Origin: Lama guanicoe
Taxonomy: Eukaryota
DNA length: 64,000 nt
Direction: 5' to 3'
Assembly: GCA_013239625.1 (NCBI GenBank)
Contig: MU056000.1
Location: 10,117,175 to 10,181,174, forward strand
Below are positions 39,881 to 50,635 of this stretch, piece after piece; position 1 is the first letter of the stretch, and each line of letters begins with the position of its first letter. The notes below the pieces were generated by a model. That model worked only from the letters and a program-made list of their open reading frames with translations. It did no database searches and was not told the DNA's origin. A program made the translations under genes and the position numbers.

Positions 39881-42310
39881 CATGCACATCCGTCTTACAG
39901 AGCAGCCAGGCATTCTCTTCTAAGTCTGGGGACCATTTTTGCCTAGGCCCTTACTTTAGTAGCTGAAAGAATTAGGAAAGTTGATTTGAAAGCCTTTTTG
40001 TTTTACCATGCAGTGAATAATTGAATGTTTAAAGCCATCAGGGTTCTTAGAAGTTATTTCCTACAATAATACCCATCCCTCCTCCTGTTTTGAGGTTTTC
40101 AGGTACCACTGCAGAGTTGACTGATGTCATGCTGTGAGCTTCCACAGAACCGTCTGGGCATAATTATTTTTGCAAGGAACGTAGAAGGAAAACTTAGTGT
40201 GGTTTTTCATCACTTTAAAAACTTATTTTCGAGTGAGTTTGCCTTCACCAGGGTGGGCTGAGTGCGTGGCAGCCTCGGACAGTGTAGGCAGGAGGGGCTG
40301 CACCATTTGCATGCTCTGTTAGCTGTTCATTGCAGTGCTTCCTTACCACGTGCCTAGGCAGAGTGGGAAAATCATGTTTGTTCTTAATCATCTATTACAA
40401 TGAGAGATGATGGTGTATTGAAGAAAGAGATGAAAGGTGGAAAATGAGAGGAAGGAGGGAGGGTGGCCTCAGGCCTGGGCCCGATGGCCCCGCAGGGGTA
40501 GAGAGCCTCCTCCTGCTGTTCATTGCAGACCTCTGGCTGGCCGGACGGCGCAGGTGGAGGGCACGGGCGTGGGAGCCAGGTGCCCTCTTACCTGTGGCAC
40601 CAAGCCAGTGCCTCCTGGCATCTCCCCCAGGTGTGGTGTCACTAGTGAGCGATGGACGGCAGTCCCTCCCCTCCCTGCGAGAGACAAGGGACTCTTTCTC
40701 CAGTGGACGGGCTTCTGACAGTAGAAGGGTGTGAAGTGGAAAGAAGTCAGAAAGGGAGGACTTCTTTTGGTGATTAAAGTGTTGGTTGTCACCATCTTAG
40801 TGAGGGGAGGTGATCTCTTTTTTTGGCTTATCTGTTTTCATTTCTAATTGTGTTCTGATTTGCCCCCTTTCCACAGACAGGACAGGCTGAGCAGGACCCC
40901 GAGAACACTCAGGTGAAAGTGGGGTGCCCCCGGGAGTGGGGAGTGGGACCAAGGGGTCGAGGTAAGCCGCAAACTCTTAGGTAGAAGAGTGTTCTGATTT
41001 TTGAATTGCCTTACAGTTCCTTAAATTATTTATAGTCAGTCCTGGGAGAAGGAAATGGCCAAGGTTAATTGTTGATTTTTAAAAGCAATTATTTTGTGTG
41101 GCTTTTTGACAGTAACTGCATGTCTCCATCTTATTCTTCTTCATTTTTGAGTAGAGATGCATCTCCTTATAGAATTCTGCAGTAATTGCAGGTAAATGGG
41201 CAAAGTATCGCCAGATCCATTTATTTAAAAGCACTTAGCAAATGTGTACATCTAAGAAAAGCTGCGTCCTCAGATGTCAGTGGTAACAGTAGTTAGGCTT
41301 CTCGGTGCTGTTAGTCCTGTGAGGCGACGTCATAGGGATCCCATTTCTCAGATGAGGAGTCAGAGGTGCAGAAAGACTGGGGCCGGCCGTCGTCTCTGTG
41401 CTGGGAGGCGCAGGCCCAGCACCCGGGTTTCAGCGGGCTCCTCACTGAACACGTTAGTCCCTCGACAGGGAAGTTTTGTTTTGAGTTGTGGCTTAATCGC
41501 TGTCAGGTGGTATCCCTGAATTTAATGCTAGTGGAAGGGGTAGGGGGAGTATAGCTTTTGCTCCAGCGTCCTGAGCGTCCCTCCCCACCTCGTGTCTGCT
41601 TCTCCCTTGGGAGGAAGTTGTCTGCAACCTTGTGCGGGTCCTGAGCACTGGGGCAGCAGGTGGACTGAGGTCTTGGTGCTGAGTCCTGGGAAGGTCCTGC
41701 AGGTGCGGGCTGGTGAGTGAGTACCACACACCTTCATTTAAGTGTCCTTACTGCTTTCTATTTGCATTTCTGTACTTCGCTTTGCATCTGTATGCTAACT
41801 GGGGCAAAGTGTTCTCCGGGCTTCCTAGTAGATACTGACTTGTTTCTCTGTCAGGAACGTTAGGTGGTTGGGAAAAGGAAAACAGATTGCCCAGTCTACA
41901 AGGCTTACAGCTCTGGGTCTCACCCTGCTCCTATTGGGTACAGCTGGGCGAGTCTGAGAAAGTACAGGTGCGAGAGGGCTGGCCCTGCCCCCTCCCTCCC
42001 CCTCCCCCATTATTTCTTGGGGACCCTGTGGTTCATGGCCGTGCAGCTCCATCATGGGCTGGTTGCTGCCTGTCATCTCAGCCCCTGGCACGTCAGCCAG
42101 TGTCCCCAGGTGAGATGATGGGTCTGACAGTCCTGCAGTTGGAGCTTCTTGCACTTTTGTGAGGGTCGCAGCCCTGCTGGAGCACTTCAGAGCCTGTGCT
42201 GGCGCCCGCTTACTGAGCTCAGAGTGAACCAAGGGGGAGATGCCGCCGCGTGGGCACTGATACCCCGTCAAGTTGATGGGGTCTCCAGCAGTGATTCCCT
42301 TCCCAGCTTG

Positions 42311-42369
42311 CCCCCCCCCCCCCCCCCCNNNNNNNNNNNNNNNNNNNNNNNNNNNCCCCCCCCCCCCCC
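42311..42369. other. Poly-C tract with an internal assembly gap (27 N at 42329-42355)
   Basis: C18, N27, C14 seen directly. Confidence 0.98.
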
Positions 42370-44171
42370 GCCAGTGCCCTTTCTCTGGCACTTCTGTCCT
42401 CCTTACCTTGCGAATTTGCATCTTTTTATCAATGAATGTGCATAAGAATCCCAAGTGGGAGATGAGTCAATCCATATTAAATCCATCTTTATGTCAAAAT
42501 TTGTTTTCCCATCAATATATCTGAATTATTTGACTTAATAAATTTTTTTTAACCAGAATAAAAAAACCCTACTTTCGTAGGTATGCAGAAAGGAGTTTGA
42601 GGTGAAGGAGGTGGGAGGAGAGGTGGTTAGAATTGAAACAAATTTTTCTTTTTTGTTTTGTTTTTACATTAGCAGATGCATTACTTTTCTCAACTCTCTT
42701 TGTAGCTTCTTAAATTTCTCATTAGAATCCTGTACGAGGTTAGTGATAGGGACCTATTTATTAGAAATTTTCCCCCTGCTTGGAAGTGAGGGTAAAGCAG
42801 GATACCAGTACCTGAGTTAATGTGAGCAAAAGAAATGACTTTAACCTTTTAAAAGCCAGTGAGTCCTGAAGGCTTCGGCTGCCCTTGTGCTGTACCCTTG
42901 AGCAGATCCCATTGTCTGCAGCTGAAGTCAGGCTGGCCCTTCTCCCTGGAAGCTCCCACCCAGCCATGTGACCTCAGGGCTAATGACACACTTGTTGAGC
43001 AGTGAAATCATGTTATGCCAAAAAGAAGAATCTGGAAGAAAACTTCCAACTGAACTGTAGGTTGCACTCAGAATTCAGCCTGAAAACAAACAAGTTACAC
43101 TACATCTATTTATTTATTTACTTACTTAATTAATTATTTAGTTTTGAGTTGTCCTTAGTTGGATGGAATTGCTCCTCCTGGATTTCTTTTCCTGTTCCAG
43201 GCTCTGTGTCCTCGACTGGTCAGTAAACATCTGAAGGACAGGACTTAGCTCGCTCCTGTTTGTGTCCTCAAGCATCAGATGTGTCACAGTGTATTTTAGA
43301 TGTATTTCTGGTAACATTCAGAAACAGATGAAGGAAATTGTCAAGGCAGAGTAGGTTAGTTCAGTAACGGAGGCAAAGCGGTTATGTATATAAGCTATAA
43401 AGTGGGCTTCTGATGATCAAAGCAATCACAGTATTTTCTCTCTGAACATATTATTATTCACGTCTGTGCTTTGTGGTTTTAATTGCCTACTGCAAGGGTT
43501 TCCAACTTCCTCACGATAGTCTGGAGCACCCCTTTCTATGGAGGAGTTAGTTTTAGTGCCAGGGATTGATAAAAATTTCAATGACAAAAGTAACACTTTT
43601 AGATGGATTTGTGTAATTAATCACAGTAGCATTTACGTCTCTCTTATAAACAACATTCTCTGCATTTGCAAGGCATATTCATTTGTCCATCAGACTTTGC
43701 TTGTTATGTACAGATTGTGAAGGCTACTATTTGGTCTAATGCGTGTCTTATTTTGTTTTAGATTATAAGCTTAAAGTCAGGGACATGTCATTTAGCGGGA
43801 ACATCTCTAGGGCTTAAGAGAGCATTGTGTGTAAATACGTCCTTTATGAATGCCAAGTGATGGAAAACACAGTTCTAAGCTTCATCAGAGAACTGGCTGA
43901 TAGAAAATTCTGCCAAATTCTTTGATGTTATTAAAGATAGATCTTTCCAGTGAGTTTATTTTGGAATTAAATCCAAATGGGAATAACTCTATTCAGTCTT
44001 TCCATTAAAAATTCTATTTCTTTGTGGCATTTGCCTTATATGATATGTTAACAAGGGTAAATGAATTAACTGAAGATTTTTGAAGCAGAAATGGATATAC
44101 TGTAGCTTAACTTTGCTGAATGCTTTAGCAGAAACTTTATTATTTTATGTGTGTGTGTGCGTGCGTGTGCA

Positions 44172-44597
44172 CGTTCAGTAGAACCATACTTCTAATTTTG
44201 AATTTTGATCTTTTCCCGGGTTAGTGATGTGTGGCAGACACTCTGGTGATGCTGGTCAGCGCCACAGCTCCCAGTCAGCTGTGCCGTCCCAAAGGTAGAC
44301 AGCCAGGACACTTACAACCACTGTGTACCCAGACGGCCATCTGCTTCTCACTTGCAGCGCAGCATTCAGTGAATTACACAAGCTAGTCAACACCGTATTG
44401 TAAAACTGGCCTTGTGTTAGGTGATTCTGCCCAAGCATAGGCCAGTGTAAGTATTTTGAGCACGTTTTAGGTTGGCTGGGCTAAGCTACACTGTTCACTA
44501 GGTTAGGTGTATTAAGTGTGTTTTCAACTTAAAATATTTTCAATTTTTATGATGGGTTTATTGGCATGTAGCCCCGTTGTAAGTCGAGGAAGATCTG
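44172..44597 (-). mobile_element. Tigger5/MER47-like DNA transposon
   Basis: Terminal gccccgttgtaagtcgaggaagatctg|TA; internal ggctaagcta..taggttaggtgtattaa and aattttgaattttgatcttttcccggg match MER47/Tigger5. Confidence 0.8.
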
Positions 44598-45409
44598 TAC
44601 AGTATTTTCACTTAGATATAATCACGGGACACTCAAGTTAACTGGTAGCTTATCAAGATATTCAACATTGGTTTACTTTTTTTTCCATGGATGGAAACCT
44701 AATCAACACGGTGACCTGAAGGTAGGAGTGACTGGTAGGCGTCTGCGGCTGCGCCCAGAGGGAAGTGTTCAGAAGCAGAGCCCTAGCATTCAGGGTGGGC
44801 AGAGAGAAGGCTGGGGTGAGCGAAGTGGAGAAAAGCTGGAATAAACCAAACTGTAAACCCAAATCTCGGTTCAGGCTGTGGATTGAGTCCTGCTCTCTTA
44901 CTTAAATGTGCGTACGGACTGGCTGGAGGGCGTTGGCCTGCCCTGCCTGCTTGTTGCTGTTCTGTACCCTTGCTGCTCCTGGTTGCTAATGAAGCAGGTT
45001 GTGGTGACATACTGCAGGTGCTCTGGGATGTTGCTGTGTGTGGGTGTGACACTCACAGAGGCCTAGCTTGTGCTTCGTTAATGTGGCGAGAAGCACTGTC
45101 CCTGGGGCGTTGATGTGGGCTGCGTCGGGCTGCCTGTGGCCTGCACAACTGAGGATGTGAGACGCCAGCTCAGGCTGCATACAGGAGAAGGAAGGTTCTG
45201 TTTTGAGTTGTGTGCTGTTTCCTTGGCTTGCTGTTTCCCTCGTGTCTACTCTGTTCACAAAACCTAATAATCAAAGCACTTTGATGTAACTCTGAATTCT
45301 TGGGTGAAGACCCTCCCAAGTGCAAAGATGCAGGGCTATAGGCCTGTGTTTCCTACTTAGAAACCACTTTCCTAGACTCCTGCTTTCCTTTTGGTGGTTG
45401 AAGATGAGG

Positions 45410-45782
45410 TGCCGACTGATGAAAAACACACAAAGTGAGAACAATGAGTTTCCGTTTTATTCAGAGACTTGACTGAGGACGGTAGCCCAGGAGACAGTGC
45501 CTCAGGTTGCGCTGAGGAACTGTTCCCAAGAGATAAGGGTAGATACGGATATGGAGATATGTGTGTGTGTGTATGTATATATATATATATCACATATAAG
45601 GATATATATGAGCTTTTTTGCTGGGAAAAACATGTAGTCAGGAATAAAAAGGTGACTGCTAATCACAAAGGACAGGCATCTCAAGTTACTGACTTCAGGG
45701 CTTTTCTATGTATGCGAAGATACAAGAATCTGGGGTCACTGAAATTTTTCCTTAGATATATCTTAACTGTCTAGGGGCCAGT
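45410..45782 (-). mobile_element. Partial ERV1 LTR (MER41-like, artiodactyl type) with internal (TG)/(TA) microsatellite
   Basis: tgccgactga..gttttatt..ctgaggac..agcccaggagacag..catctcaagtta..gcttttctatgtatg.gaagat.caaga.tctggg match MER41-like LTRs as I recall them. Confidence 0.65.
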
Positions 45783-46323
45783 GTATATATGGTCTATGGA
45801 ACGAAAAGCCATTCAGTGCTCCTCCCATCAGAGAAGCTTTTCATAATTAATTTTTTGTTTTTGTGGCCGGAGCAGAAAACAACTTTTTAATTACATTGTA
45901 AAATTCCGAAAGTAAAACTTCCCCTACTTAAAGATGTAGACCAAGAATATGTGAATGTAATTTTATGTACTAGACGAAGAACTCATGCCACAGCGTAGCC
46001 TCCTCAGATTAAGTGTTGAGTGCAGGGTGACGGCTTTGGAGCTGCTGCTGGCTGTCTGGGACGAGCCGGACACTTGGCTCAGCACCGCAGATGGACAGCT
46101 GCCACTTACACTTTCCAACTGATGCATCCCGAACCTCTGGGGCTCCGCAACGGGGGCTGGGGCCCTGACTGTGCCGCGCACTCTGCGAGGCAGTGAGGGG
46201 CAGGACCGCCCCTTCCCAAGGAGCTGACCTTCCTGGGTGGCCTCAGGCTTAGATACATACTGAGTGGTGTGGGTTCTAAGTGCTGTGGGAGTGCAGGGTT
46301 GGGGAGCTGATCAGCAGTGGGGG

Positions 46324-46797
46324 TGTTACTGAAGGCAGGTTCCTCTGCCTGACTCACCATGAGGCCAAACAAACTGAAACATCAGAGTTTGGAGCAGAGA
46401 AAGGTTTATTGCAGGACGGAGCCAAGAGGACTGGATGGCTCCTGCCCAAGAAGACCCCGAGCTTCCTGAAAGGTTTCAGCAAAGCTTATTTAAAGGCCAG
46501 TTAAGGGGGGTGGGTCCCAGGTACTTAAGTGATCAGCTCATGCACAATTCTCTGATTAGTTGATGTTGAGGGAGCAGGGCGGTCAACGGTATCAACCCTT
46601 AGGCACCAGAAGATCTGGAGGCCATGTGCAGCGGATCAAGTGGTTAATTTCTTCCTATTGGTGGTGGTTTTTAGCATCTAAAAAACTCAGGCGATTTACA
46701 TGAGATACTATGATCTGGGTACTTCAGAGAGGAGCTGCAGCAGAGGATGTAGGGGAGGGATCTGTCCTGGGAAGGCTCCACAAGGTCCTCAGTTACA
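46324..46797 (-). mobile_element. Complete ERV1-class solo LTR
   Basis: Minus-strand termini TGTAAC...GTAACA; 4-bp TSD GGGG; poly(A) signal (tttatt, ~46405) and TATA-like ttatttaaa (~46486) in the right order for the minus strand. Confidence 0.8.
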
Positions 46798-47024
46798 GGG
46801 GGTCAGCAAGGTTCCACAGATGGGGCGGGTCTGGTCTGAGTTTCTCAGGAGGAGATGGGAGGGTGAAGAGTGTGTGTGCCCGAGTGAGTGTGTGTGTTGG
46901 GAGGTGTGGGGGTGTGTTAGGCTGGGTGGGGAGCAGTGTGTGTGGAGGTTCAGCCATGAGGGCCTGTGTTACCTGCAGGTGGTCAGAACTCCTGGAATGG
47001 GTGCGGGGAGGATAATGAATGGGA

Positions 47025-47150
47025 ACCAGTGAGGCTGCAGGGGTAAGTGGACATCAGACCTTGAGGACTTTGTTCATGTCAGGGAGTTTGGGCTTATTCA
47101 AGGGCACTGAGAAGCCATTGGCAAATTTTGGGGAGTGAAATTATGTGATG
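47025..47150 (-). mobile_element. L2 LINE fragment
   Basis: agggagtttgggcttattc..gggcactgagaagccattg resembles internal L2. Confidence 0.55.
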
Positions 47151-48130
47151 GTGTTTTGGGGAGAGTGGTGAAATGGATCAGAGTGAGTCATGAACATTCA
47201 TTAGGAGATGCTGGAGGAACACACACAAAGGAGATGCCGGCCTGTGGACACGGTGTTCTAAGTCACAGAGTCTGCGGGAGTGCAAGGGAGGATGGGGGAG
47301 GGAGAAGCCTGGGTCCCTGATTTGGCTGTGGGGGGATGGTTTGTGGGGCCAGGTACTGTGCCGGTCTGGGGGATGAAGGTGAGTTTAGGGTTAGACATTT
47401 TGGTGGAAAAGGTTGTACTGCAGGCATGCAGGTGCCCACTGTTTGATGACCCCTCTTTATTCTAGTGACGACAGCCTCCTGCTTCCCAGCCAAGACCTGC
47501 CATACTCATTTCCCCGTGTGAATCCTGCATCTGATAGGATATCTCCTACTTTGATCCCTCTGGCGCTTGTTTTTCCATACGATGTGTCTGTTCCACAAAA
47601 CTCACCACTCAGCGTTGCTTTGCCAAACACTGGATTCAACAGGGACCTTAGGTTATACTTGATGTTCAAGTCATCCCCAAATCAGGGCATATCAGTGTAC
47701 ACTGAGATTAGTTTTAAATAAGTTTGTACCACTTCTCTGTAACTGAAAGCCTTTCTGTATGTAATAATCAAAAAGATGTTTATATAAAGGAAAAGGAGTA
47801 GAGTTAAAATATAGCTTTATTTTCCAAAGCCTTTTGTAGAATTTCTTGTGATGTGCATTTAAAAAAAATCTGCAAGTATTAGAATTTTTTCTTTTCTTAT
47901 TTGAGAGATGGTAAGGGTACTCCCACATATGCAATGTTTGAGGCAATGATTAAACAAGGTTTCTTTTAGCAGTCAATCTTGGTTGATTTGATATAAATCA
48001 TACCATTTGGTACAGCTGTGGCAGTTGTATCACTGTTATTCGTTTGCTACAAACTAAGTTTTTAAACAGCTTTCCTGAGAGGCTACTTATATAAAGCAAA
48101 TCTTATTTGGAGTCTCAGTGCACATGTGTA

Positions 48131-48135
<5 letters not shown>

Positions 48136-48188
<53 letters not shown>
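48136..48188. repeat. (GT)n microsatellite, about 26 units
   Basis: Directly visible perfect dinucleotide run. Confidence 0.98.
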
Positions 48189-48189
<1 letters not shown>

Positions 48190-49159
48190 TGAGGGATTAG
48201 GTCCCAGGGTACAGCAGGGGTGAGCTTACCCCAGTGGGATCTTCTGTGGATGGCTATGGTACATGGACGGACAGACACACATGTTCTTTCTTTTGGTATT
48301 AGGCAAACATGAGGATAAGGTTTCTTTGTGCTTGGCTCTGTGCTGGTCCCTGGGGATGCAAAGATGAATAGCACATCTGGGCACATGGTTCTTTTTTGAT
48401 TTATGAGATTGTAAGAAGGTAGAACACTTGTTTATAACACTACTCTTACTTTTTTGACTATTGAAATATTTCCATTCATTGGTGTTTTAGTTATGCTTTT
48501 TAATGAACTTCTAACGCATTTACCATGTAATTAAATCATCACGTTAAAAATTCTACGGATTGTTTCATTTATAGTAAAATGTATGGACTAGTTTAAAAAT
48601 ATTTTGTTATGGTTTTTGTTGTTGTTTTGGTTTGTCCTCTATGTTTTGTGCTCAAGACATTAAAAGCCAGAGCTATCTTAAGTTGAAATACCCTTATACT
48701 CCCTTGAATCAATCAAACTCAAGTTTTTTCTTCCTCAAAGGTATGATGTTTGCTATTGCTTCTAAAATTATGTGAAGGTATAAATCAACCAGTCTGACAG
48801 TTACTAGAACCATAAATGTTGTAAGTAAAAATTATAATGCTGCACTATGAAACCTGGCCCATGTTCCTGTGTGGTGGCCTGTGAACATGTCCATATTCTT
48901 GATATAAGTAGTTAATTCACTTTATATGCTGCTTATAATCATTTTATATGTGTGGGCTGTAGTTATATATTCACGTAAAAATAATATAAGCATTGCATTT
49001 TGTTTTGATTTATTAGTAAAAAAAGACACTTTCACCATTTAATTTATAACTTTGTATCTTTCCCCCCTTAAACATTTCCATAGCGGATCCAGGCTGGAGA
49101 AAATGCTTCCTTCCCACGCAACACTGGTCTGAATGCTTGCCCAACTGAAACCCTTGTTA

Positions 49160-49372
49160 GCGCAAACATTGTGCCGCCGCGCACCGCCGCTCCCTGTGAT
49201 CCGTGACTAATCCTGCAGGCACTGCGGAGAGGTCCGGGAGTCGGAACTGCGGACGGCCTGCCTGGAAGGGGTGACGTCACCGCCATCTGCCCGCGCACAT
49301 GCGCGGTGCCGCTGATGCAGAGATTGATCACCCTGCTCTTTGTGCTCAGGGGTGCGTGCGTGCGCGCGCTTC
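49160..49372. promoter_or_regulatory. Small CpG-rich element with CRE, YY1-like and NRF1-like motifs
   Basis: Palindrome GGTGACGTCACC at 49270-49281; CCGCCATCT at 49280-49288; CCGCGCAcaTGCGCGG at 49291-49306; many CpGs within AT-rich flanks. Confidence 0.55.
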
Positions 49373-50494
49373 CCCTGAATAAACTAATGAGTAAAATTCA
49401 GTAATTACCAACAAGATTCGGTACTAATAGTAACCCTCCAGTTTACTATGTAACGTTATTTTCTTTGTTTTTTCAAAATGCTGCTTTGTTTATTAACACT
49501 TTTTTTATTACTGCTGCAACCTGTATTTTTTATAAGGATAGGAATTTTTTTGAGTCTCTTCCCACTTTCAGTTTTCCTGTTTAGTAAATACTAAAGTAAA
49601 TAGCTGGCAGGTAAATGAGCCCTCTGAAAACGGATGAGCAGCAGAGTTTTGTCTTGTGGATTGTCTTGTAAGGACAAATCCCAATGCAGGAGGTGAGGCC
49701 GACTGTTCAGAAAAAGGTGCCAGTTCATTTGGTTTGGCTCAAATGGTGAAGAAATAACTTTCCATTTTTCTAACACTGTATTTACTTTTTTATAAATTGA
49801 CTCATTTAACTTTAGGATTATGTAAAATTTGAAATTACTAGTATCTGCCTGTAGTCCTGGGAGAAGTATTGGGAAAAAAACTAACCTGTGTTTTAGTTTA
49901 GAGTTTTAAAATTTTGATTCATTTAAAAACTGATGTGGTTTATTTCATCTTAATTTCTTTTCAAGCTAGTTAGGTAAAAAAATCCTTTGGCGATAATGTG
50001 CTGCATAAAAGCTTTTTGCTCATGGTAAAAATATTTCTGTGGTGCTTTTTTCTTTCTTTAAAAAAAAACTTGGGAGATGGTTGTTCCTTTTCTGTTTGTT
50101 GTTTTAAAAAAAAAAATCTGATACCAAGGAAGTGAGCAAGTGCGTGAGCATTCTGGTTAGCAGTGACTCGCTTCAAAAGGTATTTGTCAACAACATCAAT
50201 ACAGCACCACGTTGTAGAAGTTGCAGGGTAAAAAATGAAAAATTGATTTGACGAGATAGTTGAAGTTTCAGAGCATTGATTCAACTGAAGGATTTTCCAT
50301 TGTTGACTAACTTGTGGCATATTTCCTTCTAGGGCAGAGAGGTTAATTGTCCTTGTTATAAATATAAATCATACCATAGGCCATCTGAACAATGCTGAGC
50401 TTATGGTCCACAAACCTGAAACAGAAAGTGCTAAGGAACACTGAGGTGCTTGCATGGGGGTTCGGGGCAAGAAGCTGGAGAAGTCTGTTCATTT

Positions 50495-50635
50495 GTTAGG
50501 TTTGTTCATTCATTCATCCAGCCAACACAGCTTTATTGACCACCCTTTATCCAGCTCTGTCCCAGGCATCCGGGACACAGCAGGGAACAAAACAGACCCG
50601 TCCTCTGGCTCACAGGCAGATTTAGAGGGAGAGAG
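50495..50635 (-). mobile_element. L2 LINE 3' end
   Basis: ttcattcattcatcc..tttattgaccacc..ccaggca..gggacacagcagggaacaaaacagac is the antisense L2 tail. Confidence 0.8.

Noticed and set aside
41825..42454. 209-aa minus-strand ORF with poly-Gly
   Set aside because: Spans the poly-C tract and N gap; artefact.
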